64,000 bases of DNA from Octopus bimaculoides (lineage: Eukaryota): NCBI RefSeq assembly GCF_001194135.2, contig NC_068991.1, positions 23,810,775 to 23,874,774 of the forward strand, in the 5' to 3' direction. The notes below the pieces were generated by a model. The model was given only the letters and a program-made list of their open reading frames with translations. It searched no databases and was not told the origin of the DNA. Positions 48,901-62,404 of the stretch are shown here, piece after piece (position 1 is the first letter of the stretch; each line of letters opens with the position of its first letter). Position numbers and translations under genes: made by a program.

Positions 48901-51900
48901 CACACACACACAATATGTATGTGTGTGTATCCAACCAAGTCTATATTTGCTGCTGCCCTTTGCATCCCTAAACTCCTCTCATCTCTCTGTTGATTACCTT
49001 TTCTCTTTCTTTCATCTCTTTTTCCACTTCAATAATGTGGTCTCTTAGTCAGTCATACCCCTCCCTCTCTTATTTCCCCTTCACCTATAAAGCTCACAAA
49101 CTATGAATGGCTGCACCTTTTACTCCACCCACCTTTCTTTCACCAGGCCTATGTTTGAGTGTATCCTCATCACCCTACTTCTATTCACCTTCCCCCTTCA
49201 GCCATCTCCCCTCTCCCTTCAGTTATCATTCTATCATTCACATTTCTTGTCTCAGCACCTGTGATACCACTGTCATCACTCCTCTGTCTCTTTCTCTCAC
49301 TATCCTCCCACAGTTTCTCTACTACCTCAACACCCTCTCATCTCTCTGATCTCCTCCCACACCTCTCTTTCAGTGACTTTCTCTAGAATTTTGTCATGTC
49401 TATTTTCTCTCTTTCATGTTCCTTTCACTGTACATCCTTCATTCATACTTGTCCCTACAATGTTGGATAACCCTTGACCCTTCTACACAACCCATCTCAT
49501 CACTTTTACCATTCTGTTTTTTCCTTTTTCTCTAACACTGACACTAATCCCTCTTCCTCTTCTTTCCATATTCTGTCTCTCAATAGTGACTCTCTTACTC
49601 CACTACTAACAACCCTCTCATTACTATACTTTATCCTATCTCATCATCTTTCCTAAAATCACCACACTCTCTCTCTCTCCTTCTCCCCTGTTTTTCAGTT
49701 ATAGGGGATCTCTTTTTGCCCCTTAGTGTTACAAGTTGACCTCACCAGTGGTGATGCTGCCATAAAAGTACTCTCTACACTCTGTAAAGTGTTTGATGTT
49801 AGGATAGGCATCCTGCTGTAGAAACCATTTAAACAAGCACTTGAACACAAGGTAGTCTCCCCAGTTTTTCACATTCTGTCAGACAGTCCATTCCAACATG
49901 GAAAAAAATGATAAATGATAATAATGATCCCTGCATTACAGAAGTGTTGTGTTCATGAGAATCATGCTGTAGGGTGGAGTTCTCTAACATAAAACTTATT
50001 CTTTACCATTGATTTCTATGTTACATGGAAGATAATGGGTAAAAACATTTTATCTTAAGGGACCCTTTGTTACAGCAAGATTTTCATGAACACAAAACTT
50101 CTGTAACATGTGGTATGCTTATATGTGTGTGTGTGTGTGTCTGTGTGTACATAGCATTAATGTATACATGATATTTCTATGTTTCTTGTTTCTTGTATCT
50201 ATTTGTTATTACCCAACCTATATATTCCTCTGTCTGTCCATCTATTTTTCTGTCTCTATATTTGTCTATTTGTTCCTCTCTCTGTCTATCTTTTTATGTA
50301 TTCCATTGTCTATATGGCTTTCTATCTATCTATTTCTCTGTTCATCTTTTTAGTTATTCCTTAATAAAGTAATTTTGTAGTATTTAATCCATAATTATAA
50401 CACACCATGTTTCTTGTTATTAACTAATATTGACTCTTTTTTTTTTTGTTTGTTTTCACAGGTGAATCTCAGCTGCACATTCTTATTAATAATGCTGGTG
50501 TGATGATGTGTCCAAAAACCTTGTCTACAGATAAATTTGAGATGCAGTTTGCTGTGAATTACCTGGGTAAAACTTATATCACTTAACAGTAATTGCGTAT
50601 ATTCTATCTCTAGTTATCTTCAGGTCATTATTTCTCTTTATGAACCTGGTCTTTTAATTTTGAAGGATAATAAGACAGAAGGTTTACCACTAACATCTGC
50701 AAGTCTTAAATTTTTATCTGCAAGTCTTAAATCTTTATCTGCAAGTCTTAAATCTTTATCTGCAAGTCTTAAATCTTTAACAGCATGTAACTGTATTTCA
50801 AATGACATTGTTGCTTGTGGCTGGAGACAAGAACTAAGCACTCTTCTGTGTGAGAAGTTTAACCTCATTTTAAAATGAACTTCTTGCTGAAAGACTTACT
50901 GTTTACACCATATGTGTTTCATTTTGTGTTTTATTCAGTGAATTTCTTTGGATTCTTTCTTCCTTCCATTTTCAAGCATCATGACAGTCCATACCTCAAG
51001 CTGTGAGTTAGAATTTGGTAGTTAATGATTTAATGAGAGAAAGGGAGCTTGAACTTGGATAAAATAATTAGTGGCATTTTAGTGTCATCTGTAAGCACCA
51101 GAAGAGTAAATAATATCAATGTTTTGGGTCTTACAAAACCTTTGACTAATGGAGATGAAGGGATATCTTGGAATTCTTTTTCTAATGGGAGTTGTTCAGC
51201 TTCCAAGTTACAGAGACTACTGGAGCACAAATTCAGCTCTGAGACAAGAAATTGATGCTCAACAATTCATCATCATCATCATTTAATGTCTATTTTGCAT
51301 GCTGGAATGGGTTGGACAATTTGACATGAGCTGACCAGCTGAAGGGCTGTTCAGGCTCCCTGTCTGTTTCAGCATGGTTTCTATGGCTGGATGTCCTTAG
51401 GAGGGGCATCTACTTTACAGAGTGTACTGGGTGCTTTTACACAGCACTGGCACTAGCACCTATGAGCCTGTGAGATTAGGGATGCTCAGCTGGAGAAGGT
51501 TGCAGGGGACAAGTCTGTATGCAAGGACAACCACACTTTTATTTAGCTGGATGTGTCTTTTCAAATACAACAAATTACCAGAGGTCTTGGTCCCCTGTCA
51601 TCTCTTCTGTGAGTCCCAATATCTGTAGATCCTTTTCACCACTTCATCCCACATCTTCTTGGGTCTACCCCTTCCACATGTTCCCTCTACAATTAGGGAT
51701 CGGCACCTCTTGATGCAATTGTCTTCATTCATATGCACTACATGACCATACCAGTGCAGTCTTCTTTCTTGCACACTACATCTGATGCTACAAACATATG
51801 TTTGTAATCAACTTAACTGTATTTAACCTAGTTTGGAAGGTGAAAGTGACATGACAGCAGGTAAAAAAAAAAACACATTCACATTGTACACTTAGGCACA

Positions 51901-52055
51901 GGAGGGGCTGTGTGGTAAGTAGCTTGCTTACCAACAACATGGTTCCAGGTTCAGTCCCACTGCATGGCACCTTGGGCAAGTGTCTTCTACCATAGCCTTA
52001 GGTTGACCAAAGCCTTGTGAGTGGATTTAGTAAACGAAAACTGAAAGGAGCCCAT

Positions 52056-52102
<47 letters not shown>

Positions 52103-53189
52103 NNNNNNNNNNNNNNNNNNNNNNNNNNNNNNNNNNNNNNNNNNNNNNNNNNNNNNNNNNNNNNNNNNNNNNNNNNNNNNNNNNNNNNNNNNNNNGCTTG
52201 ATAACCAATGCAGGTGTGTTTACGTCCTTGTAACTTAGCAGTTCGACAAAAGAGAATGATAGAATAAGTACTAGGCTTACAAAGAATAAGTCTTGGGGTT
52301 GATTTGCTCGACTAAAGGTGGTGCTCCAGCATGGCTGCAGTCAAATGTTATATTTCTATAATTTTTTATACTGGACTAACTACATTTCATCAAAACTTCT
52401 AGTTTCTTACAAAACTGGGAGAGTTATAGAGAGAAAGTGCTACAAAACTTTAAGACTTATAGTATGCAAACTCAAATTCTTGTTGTGCTGTTTAAGATGT
52501 CATTTGATTATTATCGTTAATCATATGGCAAGGAGGATTTAGTAGTAATTGTTTTATTGTTATGATACAAAGAAAAACCATATATTACAATACTCATGAT
52601 GTGAGAGGCTAAATTTCTGCAATCTGATTTCTGCTATCTTTTAAAACTTATAGCTCAGAAATTTATAAGTTAGAAATACCCAAGTTTTATAATCCTAGTT
52701 GCCATTATTTTGGTGTATTGAGTTCTGTTTTGAAATACTTTAAACTGATTAGGACTTCAATAATTTGATAAATTTCTTTCAGGGCCGTTTTTGCTTACAC
52801 ATCTTTTACTGGATATCATGAAAGCATCAGCACCAGCTCGTATTGTCAACATCACAGCACATGCCCACCAACTGGGAAGCATAAATTTTGATGATTTAAA
52901 CCATGATGAAGATTATAACCCTGGGCATGCTTATGCACAGAGCAAGTTGGCGGTTGCTATGTTTACTATAACATTGGCAAAATACTTGGAAGGTATGTTG
53001 TATGTAGTTTCAAAGATTTTGTTACTAGGTCTCACATTGTCTGGTATTTTCTCATGATGACCATGCGTCACTAACTCAGAATTGCTACTCAAAGACTGGC
53101 TTTTCCCTTTAAGACTCAGAAAATATTCCAGCCGGGTGCATTTGGGTGCAGCTCACATTTAAAGTTAAGAATATCTGCCTAGCACGCAT

Positions 53190-53252
<63 letters not shown>

Positions 53253-55918
53253 AAATAGGGCAAATGAGGGTTAGGGTTACATGTTCACTTGACTTGCTAG
53301 AAATAAGCCAAATCTCCCTCATCATACTCTGATAGGGAAGGATATATTGAATATGTCTGAAAAAAAAGATGGAATGGTCAAAGTTGCAATTTTTTTAACC
53401 ATAGGTCTACTCTCTCTGCTGAGCTGGGGCTAAACATCAACAACTACTAACATTTTTGAAAATATCTAAAACTAGTGCCATCCTATTGAGTATGGCACCT
53501 TTGTTGACCAACCCATGTGTTGTGTCCTCTCTCTGTCTCTTCCAATGTTACTAGTACAGCTCCTACTTCTTGGAATTAGCAGGTTGTATACTACAAGTGT
53601 CCTAGCCTAAATGATATACTTTTCTCTCCACCTCCTGTCATTCATATTATGTTACCTCCTTCCTCCATGTGAAAGTCAACCTTTAGCCAGTCCTCCCCCC
53701 CTTATGCAACCTTTAAAATGTTGAACTTCTATAGTCATCATCATCCTCAGCATGATTATTTCACATCATCTTTCCATATTGGTTAGTGTTGGTTGGATCA
53801 TTATGGTCTAACTCGGTTCTTGTTTGAAGTTATTACCTTCCTTGATATTAGCATAGTTAGAGGGAAGGATGGAGGTCGCAGTTTGCCCTGGGTGACACAT
53901 TTTGGGGATAGCAGCACTTTTGGGTCTGCTGTAGGCAGTATGTATTTTTTGTGGGGACATGGGGGCAGCAAACTGAAGGACCACCCCATGCAGCACACAC
54001 TCTAGCTCTGCTAGTGCTCCTAGATGTCTTGCATGACCATGTTATTTCATTTTTCGGTGTGGTTGTCCATTCTGTCACCAACCTCCTCTACAGAGTGTAC
54101 TGGGTGCATTTTATCATAGCACCAGCATTAGAGAGGCTACCATATCTCAAGAAGGTTAGACTAAAGGTCTTCTTGACTTTATGCTACATTATAATTCATA
54201 AAATAATTTGTGTACTGTAATGAGAGGTGAGTTCTGACATTTCAAATACAGCTGCAAAATATCATTTTACTTCCTTGGATTCTGATACGTTTTCTCTTTT
54301 ACTTCTTAAATGTTTTATTTTTAAACCAAATTTATCTCCCCCCTAAGGACAGGAATTTTTTCAAGGATTTTTATTTCTAATTAAATTTTAAATAAACCTC
54401 AGATGTTTTCATAATTGAAATTAGAGTAGTCAAAAAAATAAAAGAGAAAAATGTCTGAAATTAAAACTTTGAGCACTAATTATAATTCATCAAATGCTTA
54501 TGATTTTTAATAAATTTTAATTTGAATCGCACTTTTTTCATTGAATTTTAATTTGAGGTTTTAGAAACTTCTGCTCTATGACCTGATTATAGCATACTTC
54601 TCAAAGACTTTATATTAGATCACTATGTTACACCTTAGAAAGCTACAAGGAAAGAAAAATATAAAAAAAGTGATTTAGCTTTTTATCTGGAAATTCCCTA
54701 TATGTTTGTCTACAAGTTTAGATATCTGATGATACTAATCATTGTTACTTTATTTCTTTCTTTTTTCTCTACCAACTTTCAAGGTAGTCAAGTGATCGTT
54801 AACTGTATGAATCCAGGAATTGTAAACACCAATTTACACCGCCATATGCCTTTCCGTGCACATTCTTTTATCAATTTGTGTTTTTCACCATTTATATGGT
54901 ACATGTTCAAGAAACCAGAAGATGGAATCAACACAATAATGTTTTGTGCTCTTGAAGATGCCTTAGGAAATACAAGTGGAAAATATTTTGTGTAAGTATA
55001 ATTATATCTTTAACATTCACCTGTGCAGGTGGCACGTAAAATACACCATTTCGAGCGTGGCCGTTGCCAGTACCTCCTGACTGGCCTTCGTGCCGGTGGC
55101 ACGTAAAAGCACCCACTACACTCTCGGAGTGGTTGGCGTTAAGAAAGGCATCCAGCTGTAGAAATCAGATTAGAGCCTGGTGTAGCCATCTGGTTCACCA
55201 GTCCTCAGTCAAATCATCCAACCCATGCTAGCATGGAAAACGGATGTTAAACGATGATGATGATGATGATTCAAATTACTCTGTCAAATGTAATGCTTAT
55301 TCAATCCCATTGTTTTAAATTAGCCATGTTGCAAGAGTTTGATGATGTGGTTGATTATTTTTAGAATGGGCTTGTAGGATAGGTGTGAGAGGCCAGATCT
55401 GGTCAGATTGAACATAAAACAGGCAGAACATACTTTGCCTTTGTCACTCTCTGGCTAACAGTTGCCTTCTGTCTGTTTCATTCTTCATAGCAGAAGAAAG
55501 TATCAGTGACTGGAAAACAAACACTATATATAAGTTAGAGTACGGATGACTAAAAATATCAGTGAACTGATAACAAACATGGCGAAGGTAAAGAATACAC
55601 ACACCCAGTGTTTAGGGTTAGGATTAGGCCGAAAATGGTTGGTTGTGTATTCTTTACCTCCATCAACAAACACTATATACTGTAAATATACACACACACA
55701 CATTGGAACTGAAATTAATATTGATCTTCGTAAAATGTAAACAAAACATTTTGCCTGTGCTATTACTTTCTCTCACTCCCAGCTATTACTCTCACTACTT
55801 CTCCTTCACTGAATTACTATTTTCTTTCCTCACCCTTCACTTATACTACTCTTTCTCTTACTCCCACCACCTGCCTGATTTTGGACAAATATATATAATA
55901 TATATATATATATATATA

Positions 55919-55952
<34 letters not shown>

Positions 55953-56489
55953 TGTATAAAAACACAACCCTCATTATTATATTAGGAGATTATTCCACCA
56001 AGGTCAACTTTGCCTTTCATCCTTTTGGTATTGATAAAATAAGTACCAGTTGAGCACTAGTCCCTTCCCTCCAAATTTCAGGCTTTGTGCCTTTAGCCGA
56101 AATTGTTGTTATTGTTGTTGCCGCTGCTGCTGTTGTTGTTGTTGCTGGCAGAACAGTTAGCATGCTGGACAAAATGCTTAGGGGTATTTCACCTGTTTTT
56201 ACATTCTGAGTTCAAATTCTACCAAGGTCGACTTTGCCTCTCATCCTTTCGGGGTTGATAAATTAAGTACCAGTGATGTAATCGACCAGTCCCCTCCCAC
56301 CAAATTTCAGGCCTTGTGCCTTTAGTAGAAAGGATCATTATTATAATTGTTATTAATTATTATCCCTCTTATTTCTTTTTCAGAGAATGTTGTCCAGTTA
56401 ATTGGCACGAGAGTACACAGGATGAAGATGTCCAGAAAAAATTGTGGGAAGAAAGTTTGAAATGGACAAATTTAAAATTGAAAAGTTGA
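42808..56489 (+). CDS. Retinol dehydrogenase 11/12/13-like short-chain dehydrogenase/reductase, complete, 7 exons, 333 aa
   Basis: Exons 42808-42905, 47125-47243, 48584-48739, 50462-50566, 52783-52992, 54784-54991, 56384-56489 (1002 nt), all phases matching. Start context caacATGG. N-terminal hydrophobic anchor, TGATSGMG Rossmann motif, ACRD, NNAG, NYLG, YAQSK, NPG, SGKYF and LWEES. The exact vertebrate ortholog cannot be resolved by eye. Confidence 0.95.
46421..46680. repeat. Degenerate minisatellite, about 27-28-bp unit
   Basis: About 9 copies resembling CTAGTTGTGGGCCATACTGTGTTTCTGT. Confidence 0.7.
47125..47243 (+). CDS. RDH-like exon 2
   Basis: tgtcag|G CAA...AGA G|gtaaga; [39 protein letters not shown](G). 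Confidence 0.95.
48584..48739 (+). CDS. RDH-like exon 3
   Basis: ttctag|GA GCT...AAA T|gtaaca; [51 protein letters not shown]. Confidence 0.95.
49936..50106. repeat. 36-bp inverted repeat with a 99-nt spacer (MITE-like)
   Basis: TTACAGAAGTGTTGTGTTCATGAGAATCATGCTGTA versus TACAGCAAGATTTTCATGAACACAAAACTTCTGTAA. Confidence 0.75.
50462..50566 (+). CDS. RDH-like exon 4
   Basis: tcacag|GT GAA...CTG G|gtaaaa; (C)[34 protein letters not shown](G). Confidence 0.95.
50695..50778. repeat. 21-bp tandem repeat, 4 copies
   Basis: ATCTGCAAGTCTTAAATCTTT at 50695 (one mismatch), 50716, 50737 and 50758. Confidence 0.95.
51268..51790 (-). mobile_element. RTE LINE 3' end
   Basis: (CAT)n tail, 3' UTR and RRLHWYGHV / GRPKKMWDE remnants. 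Confidence 0.8.
51895..52347 (+). mobile_element. tRNA-derived SINE, family A
   Basis: Same head, body and tail as 3872-4284; its internal (AT)n spans an N gap. Confidence 0.85.
52783..52992 (+). CDS. RDH-like exon 5 (active site)
   Basis: tttcag|GG CCG...GAA G|gtatgt; [69 protein letters not shown]. Confidence 0.96.
54784..54991 (+). CDS. RDH-like exon 6
   Basis: tttcaag|GT AGT...TTT GT|gtaagt; [68 protein letters not shown](V). Confidence 0.93.
55020..55270 (+). mobile_element. Young RTE 3'-UTR copy inserted into a TTAA-type MITE near the RDH exon 6 donor
   Basis: Same sequence as the 25.3-kb copy, with a (GAT)n tail; the MITE sequence resumes at ttcaaattactctg. Confidence 0.75.
56384..56489 (+). 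CDS. RDH-like exon 7 (last)
   Basis: ttttcag|A GAA...TGA; [34 protein letters not shown]. Confidence 0.92.
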
Positions 56490-57458
56490 ATAATGTTCTT
56501 TACTGCTTTGCCTCTCACTAGAGCATAGCTATACACAAACACACACAAACACATATACATGTTAACACAAAAGTTTTTGTTTCCATCAGTTTTGAAATGG
56601 TACTTGATTTCTCTTTATTTTTTTACTCTAGAATGTTTTTAATTTGATATTTTAATTTTTTTTTTTTTCATTTTCAAACTCTTAGTAACTATTTAAATGC
56701 CTGAAATATGTTGTTAATAAGATTTACTTATAATATTTCAAATAATATTTCAGACAAATAACTCTTCTTTAGCTCGTATAGTTATACCCTGTTTACAATA
56801 TTTACATCTGCATTACAGTGTGGTTTCTTTTTTCTATTACAATATTTACAATAGAATAGATCTGATCTCTGATTGTCATCAAGTTCCATACTCCAGACCA
56901 TGTATGTGGTCCTAGATTGGGTTGGAGCTAGGAACTCTTATCACTAAAATGGAACAACATTCTTGTCTCTAAGCTTACTTTTAGTTTAGAAATAATGGCT
57001 CCTAGATAAAATTCAGTCTAGAATTATGCATACACATCCATGAATGAAATACCTGATGATGATGATTTGAGATCAAGCTAATTGTAAAACAATGTAAATA
57101 TTAAGTATGCACACAAATGATGAAGTTAATAGCTTGTAAAATTATAATTTTTGTTACTAGCCACATTATTTCTGTTATACTGTTGATTGAATCATTTATC
57201 AAACTGACAATTATCTCCAAATACATAATTATTATTATTATCATCATCACCATCATCATCATCATTATTATTATTATTATTGCTCTTGTAACTTCTGCTG
57301 AATTACTTTCACCTTCCATCTCTTAAAAATGTTTTTGTTGCTTGATTGACTTCACAAGAGGAACTTATATACACATGTATGCACACTTGTGCACACTTCT
57401 ATGTACAAATATGCAAGCACACATACACATGTGCATGCATAAACATACACATGCACAC

Positions 57459-57536
<78 letters not shown>

Positions 57537-60534
57537 TGTGCAATCTTCACAATAGAATGCCTTTATTTCAATTTTTTTTTTCGTTCTGTGTCAGGCCATA
57601 TCTTCTCTGACAGACAGACCTCTTGATCAGGACAGATTTCTGCATTATTTGGGGCAATTTATAATGCATCAATAAACTAAGTTTTTTATTTTCCATTTGG
57701 TGCATAGATGTAAAGATTTTTCTTAGCTTGCTGCTGATGCTTTGTGAAGGTTTTTATACTTAGTTGCCCTAAGGAAATTCCTGACACACACACACACACA
57801 CACACCGTGAGCAGTATACATATATGAAGAATGTAAGAAAGTGGTAAATATATATAGAGAGGGCGAAAGTTTACAATGAAAAAAGCATAATTGATAGAGA
57901 TAGACAAATAGAGGAAGAAATCTTTTCTGTTGCTGTCACAGATTTTGAAGTTTTAAAATTAAGTGAAAATTTCAAATTTGGTATATTGATGTGAATCTGA
58001 TTTTGTGATTCATTTATTGCAGAAAAATTTAACAAAAATGTTATAGAGGTTTAAAGTTTGATAAATTTTATCTAGTCAGAAAACAGGATTTGGAAGGTAG
58101 CATTTTCTAAGTGATACTTGTCTATTATAAATTGAAAGTAAACATTACAAGATGATGTTTTAAACAAAATGAAAGCAGTTATATGTTATGAAGAGAGAAA
58201 TAGACACCCTAATGAAATTTCCTACACACATGCATACACACACACACACTGACTCACAAACCCACATACACACAGCGTGAGAGATATACATACACAGAGA
58301 GTGAGAGAGATGAAGATATAAGCAAAATGAAAGCAGTTACATATCATATGAAGAGAGAGAGAGAGTGAGTGAGGGACAACATGTGTGAAAGATATACATA
58401 TACAGAAAGTGATAGAGTGGCAAATATATTTAGAGAGGGGAAGGCATAAAAGAGAGAGCCTCGTGGGAACAGATAGAGAATGGGAGATTTGTTGATCTAA
58501 AAGTTGAATTATTTCTTGTAACAAATTATATTTTTTGATTAATTATAACTGAATACTCTTCCATTGAGATGCAGATTTTGAAAATCAAATCAGTTTTTCT
58601 CAAAGACACACTATTTTGGAGTCTTTTGGGGCTACATACATACATACATACATACACACACTCTCATATAGTAGATATTCAAGCACACAAACACACATAT
58701 ACACCAAGCACCTACTGTGTGTTGTATTTATATACTCAGAGTAAGCAGTACTCATTAATAAAGTAACTTAACAAGAGCCCACACCTGACAACTTCAAATA
58801 TACACCATATATATGTGTGAATACACACACATGAATATATATATATATATATAGCTGTAGAAACCATACTGAATCAGACTGGAGTCTGGTGCAGCCTTCC
58901 AGTTTGCCAGACCTGGTCAAACTGTCCAACCCATGCTAGCATGGACAACAGACTTTAAATGATGATGACACACGCAAATGTATATACATACACATATATA
59001 CATATGTATCTATATAAGTTGAGGCACGTAGCTTAGTGGTTAGGGTGTTGATCATAAAATTTTGCTTTCAATTCCTGGACTAGGTGATGCTTTGTGTTCT
59101 TGAGCAAAACACTTCTTTTCACATTGCTCCAATCCACTTAGCTAGTGAAAATGAGTAATCTTTGACAGACCAGCATCCCATCCAAGGACGAATGTATATG
59201 CTAGAGAAACCAGGAAACCGGCCCTATGCTCCTTACAGAGTAATGTGGACTGGCCATCTATATATTTAAATACTCACACACACAAATGCAAATAACTGTT
59301 AAAAGGGACTGCTTAGAACGAGGGTGTATACATGCTATGTTTTCCTTACCTCAATTGTATGGCTTTGATTTCAATGTTGCATGCATTGGCTTCAGTACCT
59401 TGACATATAATTATCATCTTCATCTTTTAATGCCTGCTTTCCATGTCTGCTGGCATGGTTTGGACTAGTCATCACATCTAGTCAGTTCTTATTTGGAATC
59501 ATTATCTTTCTAGATGGATTAGAGTGCCTCATCTCCCCTACCTATTCCAGTTTTGGCATGGTTTTTATGATCGAATCCCTTCTTAAATCCAATTGCTTTA
59601 CAAAGTGCACTGGGTGCATTTTATCATGTCACTAGCATTAAGGAGGTTGTCGTGTCCTTTGTTTGTTTTTGATGTCTCTGTTCAACAACCATTTCACAGA
59701 GTGTACTGAATGCATTTCATTGTGGTATGAGTACTAGAGAGGTTGGCTTGTTCCTTGCAAAACTACAAGATCCTGTCTATTCTACATGCTTCAGTTAATG
59801 CAAGGCATGCGTGACCAAGAGGGTGGGTAGAACAGACAGTGATGATAGAGAGAGAAAACGGTTGAATAAAGAAAAAGTATAAGTATTATCATGATGAGAA
59901 AAACAGTGCTCGGACTGAGAGGGTAGTTAGGAAGGGAGTGATAAAAGAGAGACAGTAGGAGGAGGAATAATGTGAGTGTGTGTGAAAAATTGAAGGGTAT
60001 AGATAGACAGGTAGATATATAATATTCAGCTGTAAACAAGTTGGATTGAGTCATATACACAAAGATATAATATGTGCAGATTGCCCTAAAATGTAGGCCC
60101 ATAGTTCTTCAAAATACCCATATGTTGAACAATATGCAAGATATATACATAATCAATCAGACAGCTAGAGGTCTATTCCTTCACTCTCAAATGAACTATC
60201 ATATTCAGATTTGGAACTTTAATTTTCGGAGAGACATATTCTTAATGAGAGTACTCCACAACTTTGGATAAGTAATAATTTAAATCACAGAAAGTCCCAG
60301 GAAGAAGTAAACATAATATATTTTAATTAGTTCCTACATTCTTATTGTACACTCTCAGTAAACTTTACTGTACAGAAAAATATGTATGTATGAGAGAGAG
60401 AGGTAGGTAGGGAGGGAAAAAATAAGTGGATTGTAACTCTATACACATGTAAACAAACATAAACATTATTGTATATACAATGTATTAGGTATAGAGATTT
60501 GTATTTTTATATGTAGTTGTATTTTTCTATGCAT

Positions 60535-60579
<45 letters not shown>

Positions 60580-62404
60580 CTATATTCTTATAGAAGTTAT
60601 GAGGAGCTTCAGCAAACATTTGTTTTGCTGAAACAAGGATGGCCATGTTTTAAAAATATATTGTGTTCTGTCATAATTTTGACTTAACAAGGGTTATCAA
60701 ATCAGTATAAATTTATATTCATTATTGCTAGGTTATTCACTCACATGAAATGTATTTCTACAAGTTAGCTCAATCACCATAAATAAACACACTTCTTTAT
60801 AGTGACTGTTAAAACCAAGAATGAAAAGCAGAAAGTATTCAACCTTCATGACACTATATTTAATGCACGTTGAAGCTGAACACTTACTACATGCAGTTAA
60901 AATTGAAATACAAATATATATATAAAAATTATAAATTGAGGTTGAAATGGGAAATTGTACCTGCATAATATCAAAATATTGATTTACTTGCATTAAATGA
61001 TCAATTTTTATAATATTGAGTTTAGAAATTATTTACTTTTTATATTTAATATTTATAGTTTTAATTTGGAAAAGCACATGCATACAGCTTTACATATACA
61101 CACAACTCATTTTTCTTTTTTAAATTCAAGTAGATAGTTCATACAACTTTTTGACATTCCAGTATAATTTGGTAATTAAAGTAATTTCTATTTTTTGATG
61201 TAAATCTACTAAAAAAATCCTTATGTTAAAAAAGAAACAATCACCCAAATTTACTCTTTTTTTTCTTTTCACTTTGTCTTAACCCTTTTGTGACCAGTAT
61301 TTCTAATACATTGCATGTATGTTTCATTTAAGTTTGTAAGTAATCATGAATTTTGCATGGATTTAGTAAAAATAACTTGACTTTTCCATTATTAAGTCTG
61401 TTTCTGGAACATATTGGAACAAAGTGTTCTTAGGTAAAATGCTAAGGGAAAGTTTTAATTTATATATGAATGCTTCAAGATGGGATAATTTATACCATAG
61501 AACTTGAGGTGATTTCATTTGGGTAGGCATGAAGAGGGTAAATATATGAAGCTATACATGAAAGTTAATATTTCAGGAATTGTTAAGGTGGTGAGCTGGC
61601 AGTATAATTAGTATGTTGGGCAAAATGCTTAGCAGCATTTTGTCTGTCTTTACATTCTGAGTTCAAATTCTGCTGAGGTGATGGGGTGGGGGTGGGTGGG
61701 GGGCAATGTAATTGACTTATCCCCTCTCCTGAACTGGCTGGCTTTGTGTGCCAAATATGAAACCAGTATTTCAGTAATTATTCCAGCTCTGCACTGTGAG
61801 TTTGAATACTATTACAGTTAACTTTGCCTTTCATCTATTCCAGNNNNNNNNNNNNNNNNNNNNNNNNNNNNNNNNNNNNNNNNNNNNNNNNNNNNNNNNN
61901 NNNNNNNNNNNNNNNNNNNNNNNNNNNNNNNNNNNNNNNNNNNNNNNNNNNNNNNNNNNNNNNNNNNNNNNNNNNNNNNNNNNNNNNNNNNNNNNNNNNN
62001 NNNNNNNNNNNNNNNNNNNNNNNNNNNNNNNNNNNNNNNNNNNNNNNNNNNNNNNNNNNNNNNNNNNNNNNNNNNNNNNNNNNNNNNNNNNNNNNNNNNN
62101 NNNNNNNNNNNNNNNNNNNNNNNNNNNNNNNNNNNNNNNNNNNNNNNNNNNNNNNNNNNNNNNNNNNNNNNNNNNNNNNNNNNNNNNNNNNNNNNNNNNN
62201 NNNNNNNNNNNNNNNNNNNNNNNNNNNNNNNNNNNNNNNNNNNNNNNNNNNNNNNNNNNNNNNNNNNNNNNNNNNNNNNNNNNNNNNNNNNNNNNNNNNN
62301 NNNNNNNNNNNNNNNNNNNNNNNNNNNNNNNNNNNNNNNNNNNNNNNNNNNNNNNNNNNNNNNNNNNNNNNNNNNNNNNNNNNATATATATATATATATA
62401 TACA

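Noticed and set aside
48960-49680. Pyrimidine-rich ORFs rich in S, L, H and P (also 55790-55880, 59800-60000)
   Set aside because: Low-complexity CT-rich sequence, probably decayed repeats; no motif support.
55611-55628. TTAGGG-like motifs (also about 53270)
   Set aside because: Only two or three imperfect units; too short to call an interstitial telomere.
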